A program made the translations under genes and the position numbers. A stretch of 64,000 nt of DNA from Dimorphilus gyrociliatus. Its lineage: Eukaryota; Animalia; Annelida. Below the pieces are notes generated by a model. That model was not told where the DNA came from, did no database searches, and was given only the letters and a program-made list of their open reading frames with translations. The stretch lies in the NCBI GenBank assembly GCA_904063045.1, contig CAJFCJ010000006.1, positions 992,001 to 1,056,000 of the forward strand. The letters run 5' to 3'. This document shows positions 24,826 through 35,400 of the stretch, in pieces (within the stretch, counting starts at the first letter, position 1; each line of letters starts with the position of its first letter).

Positions 24826-26980
24826 TTAATCCACTTCTTCAATTGTTGGTCCACTTCCAGAGCCTGCTCCGGGGGCACCTCCAGCTCCTGGGGCACCACC
24901 AGCTCCAGGGAATCCTCCTGGCATACCACCTGGCATACCTCCTGGGGCTCCGCCAGCTTGATATAATTTGGTTATTATTGGCATGCAAACACTTTCTAGC
25001 TCTTTTTGCTGGTGTTCAAATTCATCCTTTTCGGCACTCTGATTTGCATCCAACCAGGCAATAACAGCAGTGCACTTTTCTAAGATCTTCGTCTTATCTT
25101 CTTCACTGATTTTATCTTTGATTTTTTCATCTTCAATAGTTTGTTTCATATGGAAGGCATAGCTCTCTAGCGCATTCTTGCTCGAGATTCTTTCTCTTTG
25201 TTTTTCATCCTCTTGTTTGAATTCATCAGCCTCCCTTACCATCTTTTCAATATCTTCCTTTGACAATCTACCTTTATCGTTGGATATGGTAATTTTATTT
25301 TCTTTCATTGTGCTCTTATCAACGGCTGATACGTTGAGGATACCGTTTGCATCTATGTCAAAGGTAACTTCGATTTGTGGAACGCCTCTCGGTGCAGGGG
25401 GGATTCCAGATAATTCGAATTTACCCAATAAGTTGTTGTCTTTCGTCATCGATCTTTCACCTTCGTATACCTTTAGAAAAAAAACAATATTTAGAACAGA
25501 ATAACTAAGTTAGTCATAATTGAGCTAATAATGTAATTCAGACAGCCAAGGAAGATTTAGAACATCACAGATTTCAGGGGAAACCGCGAATGGTGGGCTA
25601 GCTAGACCGGTTTTCATCATAAGAGTTCGTTGATAATCTAAGTGTTCAAAGCCGACATACCTGAATTAAGACGCCAGGCTGATTATCACTGTAGGTGGTG
25701 AATGTTTGAGTTTGCTTAGTTGGAATGGTAGTATTTCTCTTAATCAAGGCAGTCATTACACCTCCAGCAGTTTCAATACCCAACGAAAGTGGTGCTACGT
25801 CAAGAAGGAGTAAATCTTGAACTTCTTCACTCTTATCCCCCATTAATATGGCTGCTTGGACAGCTGCACCATATGCAACAGCTTCATCCGGATTAATTGA
25901 CTTGTTCAATTCCTTGCCGTTAAAGAAATCTTGTAGAATTTTCTGAATTTTAGGAATTCTAGTGGATCCTCCAACCAGGACGATGTCGTGAATATCCGAC
26001 TTGTCCATTTTTGCATCTCTCAAAGACTTTTCAACCGGCTCCAATGTACCTCTAAATAAATCAGCGTTCAATTCCTCAAATCTCGCTCTGGTGATGCTGG
26101 TGTAGAAGTCAACACCTTCAAATAATGAGTCAATTTCAATTGATGCTTGGGCAGATGATGAAAGTGTTCTTTTTGCTCTTTCGCAGGCTGTTCTTAGACG
26201 ACGTACAGACCTCTTATTACTTGATATATCTTTCTTATGCTTCCTCTTGAATTCTTGAACAAAATGATTTACCATTCGATTGTCGAAATCTTCGCCGCCC
26301 AAATGAGTGTCTCCAGCAGTGGACTTCACTTCGAAGATTCCATCCTCAATAGTAAGTACAGATACATCAAATGTTCCACCGCCCAAATCAAAGATCAACA
26401 CATTTCTTTCTCCACCAACCTTTTTGTCCAAGCCGTAAGCAATGGCAGCGGCAGTTGGTTCGTTAATTATTCTAAGAACATTTAAACCTGCAATTGTGCC
26501 AGCATCTTTAGTAGCTTGACGTTGAGAATCATTGAAGTAGGCTGGAACTGTAACAACAGCATTAGCAATAGATTTTCCTAGATAAGCTTCTGCGGTCTCC
26601 CTCATTTTCGTCAAAACCATAGAAGATATTTCTTCCGGAAAGAATGTCTTTTTTTCGCCTTTGTATTCTACTTCAATTTTTGGCTTTCCACCATCGTTAA
26701 CAACATCGAAAGACCAATGTTTTTTGTCGCTTTGTACAGCAGGCTCTTCGTATCTTCTACCAATGAGTCGCTTAGCGTCAAAAACTGTGTTGGATGGATT
26801 CATAGCTACCTGGTTCTTTGCTGCGTCTCCGATAAGTCTTTCACTGTCAGTGAAAGCGACATAACTTGGAGTTGTTCTGTTTCCTTGATCATTAGCAATA
26901 ATTTCAACTTTTCCATGTTGAAATACACCAACACAAGAGTAGGTTGTTCCCAAATCGATTCCTATTGCTACTTTGGACAT
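24826..26980 (-). CDS. HSPA8: Cytosolic HSP70/HSC70, copy A, 654 aa (exons 26980-25661, 25470-24826; 5' UTR intron 26998-27120)
   Basis: [38 protein letters not shown] repeats and GPTIEEVD end. A 190-nt phase-0 intron at VLIQ|VYEG hosts U14, and a 5' UTR intron is present; both are HSC70-like traits. Confidence 0.95.
25538..25620 (-). ncRNA. SNORD14: U14 (SNORD14) box C/D snoRNA in the HSC70 intron
   Basis: Minus strand reads ATGATGA (C) ... CCATTCGCGGTTTCCC-CTGA (18S antisense + D') ... GTGATGT (C') ... CTTCCTTGGCTGT-CTGA (18S antisense + D). Both antisense elements closely match the conserved U14 elements CATTCGCAGTTTC and CTTCCTTGGATGT. The D box is about 67 nt from the 3' splice site. 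Confidence 0.88.
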
Positions 26981-27033
26981 TGTAGTTGCCGCTTATTCTG
27001 TGATAAAATATTACATAAAATAGCCATGATGCA

Positions 27034-27376
27034 TTCGAGAAAATTCGAAAATGCAACAGTCTTTATAATGATATTTAATGACTGTTCTAAGAGTTATTCC
27101 CATAAATATAAAGTACTTACGTTTGAATATTCAAAAAAATAAACTTTTTACAAAAAGCGCTAATACAGCAAGTTCTGCTTCAGAATGTGTGCAATTGAAA
27201 TGCCTTAACGAATATATAGCCGGCGGATGTGACGCGAGAGTTCGGGAACTTTCTAGAATTCTACCTGTCCAATTCCATTAGTTTGAGTGATATTTGGAAG
27301 GGGAACGCGTAACATAATACTTTTTATGCTAATTCTCGTAGCCGTATTTCCTGTCGAGTAATTTCGAGAAAGTTCT
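27034..27376 (-). promoter_or_regulatory. Heat-shock promoter of HSC70 copy A: TATA box plus heat-shock elements
   Basis: TATATATT at 27218-27211 (minus). Alternating nTTCn/nGAAn arrays: 4 units at 27240-27259, 3 units at 27362-27376, and 3 units at 27033-27047 inside the 5' UTR intron. Confidence 0.85.
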
Positions 27377-27736
27377 TTGTTTTTTTTATCAGTTCGAAAG
27401 TTCCTTCTATTTTTAGTTTTAGTTTCGAAATATTTAAATTGAATTTAACTTTAAGATCAAAATGTATTAAGAAAACACTAAATTTCTGATGGCCAAAGAA
27501 CTACAATAATATAAAAACTCCCAATTACTTTAACTTAATTTTAAATACTTCTTGTATTAAATTTATTAAAAACAAATATAAAGTTGGAATCTTTGAACTT
27601 TTATTCATATTATTTGAATTTTCATCAGAAAGAAAACGTGGTTCGTTTGAACAAAACTGGGTTATTGATTCACCTGGTTAAATAATAGATCGTATGACGC
27701 AACGCAGCTGACTACGTCCTACCGAAATTATTACCT

Positions 27737-27765
27737 TTTCTAGAATATTCTATAGTAATATATAT
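27737..27765 (+). promoter_or_regulatory. Distal HSE (TTCtaGAAtaTTC) followed by a TATA-like element facing away from HSC70
   Basis: TTC 27738, GAA 27743, TTC 27748, then TAATATATAT at 27756-27765. Confidence 0.55.
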
Positions 27766-27899
27766 CACTGCTTTTTTAATTTTCAAAAGAGTTTTTATAA
27801 AATTTATCATTCTAATGTGTAAATTGAAGATACTGAACGACCAGAATACATAATTCTCAAACAGTACCGTGCCTATGATATTCCTTAAACATAAAAAGC

Positions 27900-28060
27900 A
27901 ATGTAATTTCTTTAAGCAAGTTTCATTTAATTTTAATCTTTTACATAAATGTTTAGTTAGTTCTCAGCTCATTTCGGGAAAATTTGCATTTGAAAATCAC
28001 ACTATTCAGGTTGATTATTCGGAAAAGACTAATGTAAAATTATATAGGGATCTGTGAAAG
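27900..28060 (+). pseudogene. Degenerate 5' remnant of the receptor guanylyl cyclase-like gene
   Basis: FENHTIQVDYSEKTNVKLYRDL* aligns with FEHHTVHMDCSKNASAKLIRELNR (32810-32880). 27900-27958 aligns with the start region at 32480 but reads ATG-TAA. Confidence 0.65.
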
Positions 28061-28099
28061 CGTGCTTAAGTATTTCTTTCTCTTTACTTTTTGTGGTCT

Positions 28100-28500
28100 T
28101 CTCCGAATTCCTTAGAATCTTGGGGCTCCACCAGCTTTATAAAATTTGGTTATTATTAGCATACAAACGCTTTTTAGCTGTTTTTGCAGGGCGTACAATT
28201 TGTCCTTTTCGGCACTCTGATTGCAATCCAACCAACAATTAAATCAGTCTACTTTTCTAAGATCATTGTCTTATCTTCTTTACTAATTTTACATTTTAAT
28301 TTTTTCATGTTCGACAGTATGTTTCATTTGGAGAATATAGCTCCCCAGCGCATTCTTCCCTTTCCTTTTTGTTTAAAAACTCATCAGCCTCCTTCACCTT
28401 CCGCTCAATCTCTGCCTTTGACAATCTACCTCTAACGGTTGATACGCCAATGTTGATGTTTTCAATTTCTTCGCAGAAAGCAATATTCCAAACTTGGACT
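28100..28500 (-). pseudogene. Degenerate HSP70 C-terminal fragment with large internal deletion
   Basis: RGRLSKAEIERKVKEADEF and ITKFYKAGGAP are recognisable, with frameshifts and stops. It is fused directly to sequence homologous to the copy B 5' flank, so the NBD and most of the SBD are missing. Confidence 0.85.
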
Positions 28501-29027
28501 TGAAAAATGTACAATAAAAAATTTATGAAAGACGGTGAACAATACAATGGGGGTTTGTGTGTAAAACTTTACCCGTCCCAATCAATTGAATTAGACGATA
28601 TTATAAGAAGGGGAACTCGTACCGTAATCATAAAAACTTTAATGAGCGTTTTTGTAGCCACATTTCTTGTCGATCAATGTGTATTAAGAAAAAATAGACT
28701 TCTTTTGGCCTATATATTACATTATAAATAAATTCATATTTATTTAACTTAATTTTTAATAGTAATTATATTAAATTTTTTAAAAACAAATAGAAAATTG
28801 AAAGCTGTCAACGTTTATTCACAATGTTTGAATTTTGATTAGAAAGAGAATGTTGATGTTTTCAATAAAACATTTCTATTGATACTTTCCGTTAAATAAT
28901 AGATAGTACACGCAATGCAGTTGATTGTTTTTTATATAAATTGTTAGCTTTTGTATGAATATCTATTGAAATATAATCATTTTCTTTAGTACTCCAAATG
29001 ATATTTAATAAAATTTATAATTATGCT
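28470..29027. repeat. Duplicated HSP70 upstream module (also 31948-32392; more diverged at about 27265-27830)
   Basis: Near-identical to the copy B upstream region apart from an ~118 bp segment absent in B. Shared anchors such as gaaggggaac.cgta, taaataatagat and acgcaa.gcag also occur upstream of copy A. Confidence 0.85.
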
Positions 29028-29620
29028 TTGGATCATTTCTAGTACCAACTGGCCTCCTTACATATTCCCTTCGACGAGGATGGAGTTCAACTTTGCTCTC
29101 GTCACTGAATATTACTTTTCTCCACATATTTGAGCTCCATTTCAGTTTATGATTGCAAAACTGTATCTGTTTTTTAACTTGCTTCCTATTTAAAGCTGGC
29201 TTTTTAGCTGCAATTCTCCCATTTAATTTGTATTTGCAGAGAATTTTTTTTACACTAGAGAGTGAAATCTTAATTGGAACAGGTAAATTTTCTAGAACTT
29301 CTCTAGCTGTCCATTTTGGATTTGCTCTGCATGTTTTTGTGAGTTGTAACTCCATCCTCCTAGTGATTTTGCGTGGTCTACCAGATCTGTGTAAATCTTT
29401 TATTGTTCTAAATTCTTTAAATTTATTCTTGATATTCTGCACTGTCGCAGGGCTGCAATTAAATTTTGCTGCTATGCCTCGAATGGTCATTTTTGGCATT
29501 CCTAGGTAATTCAGGATACTTTTGCGAATTTCTAGTGATAGGCGACGCATTTTTTAATTATTTAAAAATAAATTGTATATTCCGAATTCTTTGTAGAACA
29601 GGGGTACAATATTTGTATGC
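29028..29620 (-). mobile_element. 3'-truncated Tc1-like element of a second family (transposase N-terminal half, ATG 29550)
   Basis: HTH region, SGRPRKIT, AAKKPAL and VIFSDESK; the frame runs into the HSP70 upstream module after DPK. The second D and the E are absent and no TIR pair was found. Outer boundary approximate. Confidence 0.85.
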
Positions 29621-29871
29621 AACTTTTTTTTTCAATGACACTACTCATAATTACGAGGTCATAATGATGATGTTATAATTATTTAATAGTAGTCTAAATT
29701 CATAGTATTGTAAAAGAGAGTGAAAAACTGATTCTTATAATATAGATATTTATTAGAAATTTTGTATCATGTTTCACAAGTCATCTATCCTACAGAAAAA
29801 AATATCCACAACAATACTCTATTTTTAAATCAAAATATTTCGATTTTTAGACATTTTTACTCTTCTTATAG

Positions 29872-31909
29872 TTACTTAGTACCGCGACTGTATAATTTGG
29901 TTATTATTGGCATGCAAACACTTTCTAGATCTTTTTGCTGGTGTTCAAATTCATCCTTTTCGGCATTCTGATTTGCATCCAACCAGGCAATAACTTCAGT
30001 GCACTTTTCTATGATGCTCGTCTTATCTTCTACACTGATTTTATCTTTGATTTTTTCATCTTCAACAGTTTGCTTCATACCGAAGGAATAGCTCTCTAGC
30101 GCATTCTTGCTCGAGATTCTTGCTTTATGCTCTTCATCCTCTTGTTTGAATTCATCAGCCTTTCTTACCATCTTTTCAATATCTTCCTTTGACAATCTAC
30201 CTTTATCGTTGGATATGGTAATTTTATTCTCTTTCGTTGTGCTCTTATCAACGGCTGATACGTTGAGGATACCGTTTACATCAATGTCAAAGGTAACTTC
30301 GATTTGTGGAACGCCTCTCGGTGCAGGGTGGATTCCAGATAATTCGAATTTACCCAATAAGTTGTTGTTTTTCGTCATCGATCTTTCACCTTCGTATACC
30401 TTCAGAAAAAAAACAATATTTAGAACAGAATAACTAAGTTAGTCATAATTGAGCTAATAATGTAATTCAGACAGCCAAGGCAGATTAAGAACATCACAGA
30501 TTTCAGGGGAAACCGCGAATGGTAGGCTAGTCAGAACGCCTTTTATCATGAGAGTTCGTTGATAATCTAAGTGTTCAAAGCCGACATACCTGAATTAAGA
30601 CGCCAGGCTGATTATCACTGTAGGTGGTGAATATATGAGTTTGCTTAGTTGAAATAGTAGAATTTCTCTTAATTAGTACACTCATTACACCTCCAGCAGT
30701 TTCAATACCTAACGAAAGTGGTACCACGTCAAGAAGGAGTAAATCTTGAATTTCTTTACTGCTATTCCCTATTAATATGGCTGCTTGGACAGCTGCACCA
30801 TATGCAACAGCTTCATCCGGATTAATTGACTTGTTCAATTCCTTGCCGTTAAAGAAATCTTGTAGAATTTTCTGAATTTTAGGAATTCTAGTGGATCCTC
30901 CAACCAGGACGATGTCGTGAATATCCGACTTGTCCATTTTTGCATCTCTCAAAGACTTTTCAACCGGCTCCAATGTACCTCTAAATAAATCAGCGTTCAA
31001 TTCCTCAAATCTCGCTCTGGTGATGCTGGTGTAGAAGTCAACACCTTCAAATAATGAGTCAATTTCAATTGATGCTTGGGCAGATGATGAAAGTGTTCTT
31101 TTTGCTCTTTCGCAGGCTGTTCTTAGACGACGTACAGACCTCTTATTACTTGATATATCTTTCTTATGCTTCCTCTTGAATTCTTGAACAAAATGATTTA
31201 CCATTCGATTGTCGAAATCTTCGCCGCCCAAATGAGTGTCTCCAGCAGTGGACTTCACTTCGAAGATTCCATCCTCAATAGTAAGTACAGATACATCAAA
31301 TGTTCCACCGCCCAAATCAAAGATCAACACATTTCTTTCTCCACCAACCTTTTTGTCCAAGCCGTAAGCAATGGCAGCGGCAGTTGGTTCGTTAATTATT
31401 CTAAGAACATTTAAACCTGCAATTGTGCCAGCATCTTTAGTAGCTTGACGTTGAGAATCATTGAAGTAGGCTGGAACTGTAACAACAGCATTAGCAATAG
31501 ATTTTCCTAGATAAGCTTCTGCGGTCTCCCTCATTTTCGTCAAAACCATAGAAGATATTTCTTCCGGAAAGAATGTCTTTTTTTCGCCTTTGTATTCTAC
31601 TTCAATTTTTGGCTTTCCACCATAGCCAACAACGTCGAAAGACCATTGTTTTTTGTCGCTTTGTACTATTGGATCTTCGTATCTTCTACCAATGAGTCGC
31701 TTAGCGTCAAAAACTGTGTTGGATGGATTCATAGCTACCTGGTTCTTTGCTGCGTCTCCGATAAGTCTTTCACTGTCAGTGAAAGCGACATAACTTGGAG
31801 TTGTTCTGTTTCCTTTATCATTAGCAATAATTTCAACTTTTCCTTTTTGGAATACACCAACACATGACTTGGATGTTCCCAAATCGATTCCAATTGCTAT
31901 GCCAGACAT
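29872..31909 (-). CDS. HSP70 copy B, 615 aa, lacking the GGMP/EEVD tail (exons 31909-30590, 30399-29872)
   Basis: Intact ORF with the same 190-nt intron as copy A. The core looks identical to A, the termini are diverged, and it ends [10 protein letters not shown]. Functional status unknown. Confidence 0.85.
30467..30549 (-). ncRNA. Second U14 copy with mutated C box (probably impaired)
   Basis: Same layout as 25538-25620, but the C box reads ATGATAA and the methylation guide reads CTGCCTTGGCTGT. Confidence 0.65.
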
Positions 31910-32479
31910 TATAGTTGTCGTTTTATCTGATAAATACGAAATATCTACGCAGAATGCAATATTTCAAGCTTGGACTTGAAAAATGTACAATAAAAAATTT
32001 ATGAAAGACGGTGAACAATACAATGGGGGTTTGTGTGTAAAACTTTACCCGTCCCAATCAATTGAATTAGACGATATTATAAGAAGGGGAACTCGTACCG
32101 TAATCATAAAAACTCTAATGAGCGTTCTTGTAGCCATATTTCTTGTCGATCAATGTGTACTAAGAAAAAAATAAACTATTCACAATATTTGAATTTTGAT
32201 TAAAAAGAGATTGTTGATGTTTTTCATAAGACATGCATATCGATCCATTCGATTAAATAATAGATCGGACACGCAATGCAAGTAGTTGATTGTTAGTTAT
32301 AAAAATTGTTAGCTTTTGTACGAATATCTATTGAAATGTAATCATTTTCTTTAGCACTCCAAATGATTTTTAATAAAATTTATCATTATGCTATGTAAAT
32401 TCTAGGTACTGAACGATTAGGAAACATCATTCTTAAATTCTACAACGTTGCGTTTAATCAATTTGAAACTTTTAATGTA

Positions 32480-35400
32480 ATGGTTTTTTTTTCAGCAGGT
32501 TTTTTTATTTTAACCTTGTATCCAAATATTTTGGGTCTGAGCAGTTTTAAATTTTTCACGGAAAATGCTAAAATATTAAAGTCTCCAAAGATTATTAGAT
32601 TACCGGCAAATAAGTCACATATTGTAGTGGACGTCATAGTTTTACATCATCAAACTTATCCAGTAGGTTACGAATGACAGTATATATATTTGTTTTGGTT
32701 TTTATAGCTAAAATTCTGATGTGATTTTTAGGAAAATCTCTTAGACTATTTAAAAGTGATTATGGAAGACCTTCAGAGTAAATTAAATAATGGATCTGTT
32801 ACCTACGTTTTTGAACATCATACTGTTCATATGGATTGTTCCAAAAACGCTAGTGCGAAATTAATTAGAGAGCTGAACAGGTATACTTACAATCTTTCAC
32901 TGCTTGGTTTTTTTTGAAATAATCTCTTTAATTGGAAGTTATTTCTTTTTGCAAGTATTATGATAAGGGATAGGGGAAGATGCCGAATGATCTTAGCAGG
33001 CTCTTGCACTGAATTTTGTCGAATTATTGAACAATTTAGAAAGAGCTTTGGCTCATTTTCCGTCCCTCTTGGTTGTCCCTATATAGATGAAGAAGGTAGA
33101 ATTTATATATCTCAAACAAGGGAAGAATTTGACATGGTTATACTGAAATTAATGGAGGTAAGTATAAGATATAATAACAGATAGATATATTATTTTATGC
33201 TTTCTAAACATTTAGTATATGAGATGGGAGAAATTGTCAGTTGTATACAGTACGTCAGAGATTTGGCACGAATTAGCTGTTAGACTAAAGCAAAAACTTT
33301 CTGGAAAAATCGAGATTTTTCTCAAAGAGGGTGCATCTAGAAAAAATGATAAAGAGATTATTAAGAATATATTTGATTCTTGCCATAGAGGTAGCAAGTT
33401 TTTATTAAAGCCTATAAATTTATGAACGTATTCAAAACACTAGTCTTTCTCATGCTCGTCGATCCATACGAAGTACAGTATTATCTTGAATACGCTGAAA
33501 AAGCAGGATATCTTAAACGAGGATATCAGCTTATCCTTGTGAATGTCTATTGTAAGAGCTTTCATGTTTGATCAAGCATAAGAATAATTTATAATAGCTT
33601 TTTACTTTTCAAAAGCTATGTATGACTTTGCCTGGGATTTAGACGATAAAAATCTATATAATGCATTTACTGGCCAAATGAGTATTGTCGATAGTATACC
33701 AAACTCTAAGGAATATCATGATTTTGTAAATAAATTCAAGCTATCAGATGATAGGATGGGATCTGGTCCATATAGAGTATAGCGCAATATCATATTTTTA
33801 AATACTTAATATTTAGTGTCTCATCCACTCTACCCTTTTATTTTAATATAAATATAGACTTGGAATAGTCTTTTGACTCTATACTTTTATAAAACATTCG
33901 AGTATTATGCAAATTACTTGGCATCAATAAATTCAAGTTCATTAAATGAAGAATTTAAATGGAGCATGAATGTTATTAATCAAAAGCCTAGCTTATCAAT
34001 TTTGTTGGGAGCTGGAAAGTACGTAATAGAATACGCTAGATTCGACAACGGAAATCTTACAAAGGTTTACGAACCTCTGACTGAAAGGGAATGTTTTTCC
34101 GGAAATAAAACTTATCCAACTATGGATTGGTGCTCCAGAAAAGTAGTAATGCTCACCGAACAGAAAATAAATATTGGAACTTTAATTGGAATATGGAAAG
34201 TTACAATAAAGTTTACTAAAATGTCTAATATAGTAATATTAATACTTGTTAAATATAGGATTGCATCAATTCTTCCAATAATTCCACTATTTGCCTTTTA
34301 CGTTATGTACTTGATAAAAGATAGAAGACTAAGAACCAATCGCGATTGGTTAGTTAACTTAGAAGATTTAGAATTGACGCAAGCTGATCTGTTCAGTGAG
34401 AGTGCGAAATTATCACCCAGAATAGAAACTTATAGTCGGGAACGAATTGACAATACAAGTAGATTTCACTGTAATGTCGCCCTTTATAATGGTAAAATGA
34501 TCAGCATAAGAAGAATTTACACTTTCATTAATCTTACGGATCGTAGTATTTTATCAGAATTTGTTCAGGTTTATTATAATAATTTAAAGATTTTCCCAAC
34601 TTATGATAAAATCGGAAAATAGATGAAAGAAATGACGCATGTAAATATAAATCCCTTCTATGGGGTTATAGTAGATCCTCAATTTACTTGCATAATCTCA
34701 GGATATTGTCAAAAAGGTTCTCTTCAGGAAGTATTAGCGTCTAGAATTTTCCAGCTGGATGATGCTTTTAAATTATCCTTCGCTACTGATATAACTGCGG
34801 GCTTAGATTATATTCATAATAGTTTTCTCCTTTCTCATGGAAGATTGCGTAGCAGTAATTGCTTAATTGATGAAAGATGGACTGTAAGAATATCGGATTT
34901 CGGATTGAATGCTCTTCGTTCAAAAGTTTTACATTAACTAACAAATTAGGAAATAAATATTAAACAGACACGTCTTTGTAGGAAAATGATCCTCTAAGGA
35001 CTGAAGAGGATGAGACTTTGAAACAACTTTGGACGGCTCCAGAGCTCCTAAGATTAAAAGTACCCCCGATTAATGGAACAGCCGCTGGTGATGTATATTC
35101 TTTTGGTATCATATTACAGGAAATACTTCTTGAAGCTCCTCCCTTTGTTATGGAGCTCTGGGATCATGATCCTAAGAACGTGTTGTCAAAAATCAAAGAG
35201 ATAAGATTTCCGCCATTTAGACCATCTTTGCCAAAAGATCAGCAGGAAAGCGTATTAACTGATTTGATGAAAGCTTGTTGGGAAGAAGAATCTACTTTAA
35301 GACCTCGTTTTCAAGAAATAAAAAATACATTGCGCCAGGCGAATAAAGGGAAACAATTTTGCATAGTTGACCACGTTATGGCAGCCATGGAAATCAAAGC

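Noticed and set aside
29580-29720. TIR of the second Tc1 fragment
   Set aside because: A binding-site-like motif (CAAATATTGTACCCC, minus) is present, but no terminal CAGT/TA end or partner repeat could be identified.
24843-31867. Plus-strand ORFs antisense to HSP70 (e.g. 25178-25504, 26237-26485, 30107-30433)
   Set aside because: Shadow frames of the conserved HSP70 CDS, duplicated only because the gene is. The same applies to antisense ORFs over the L1, transposase, PLSCR and GIGYF genes.
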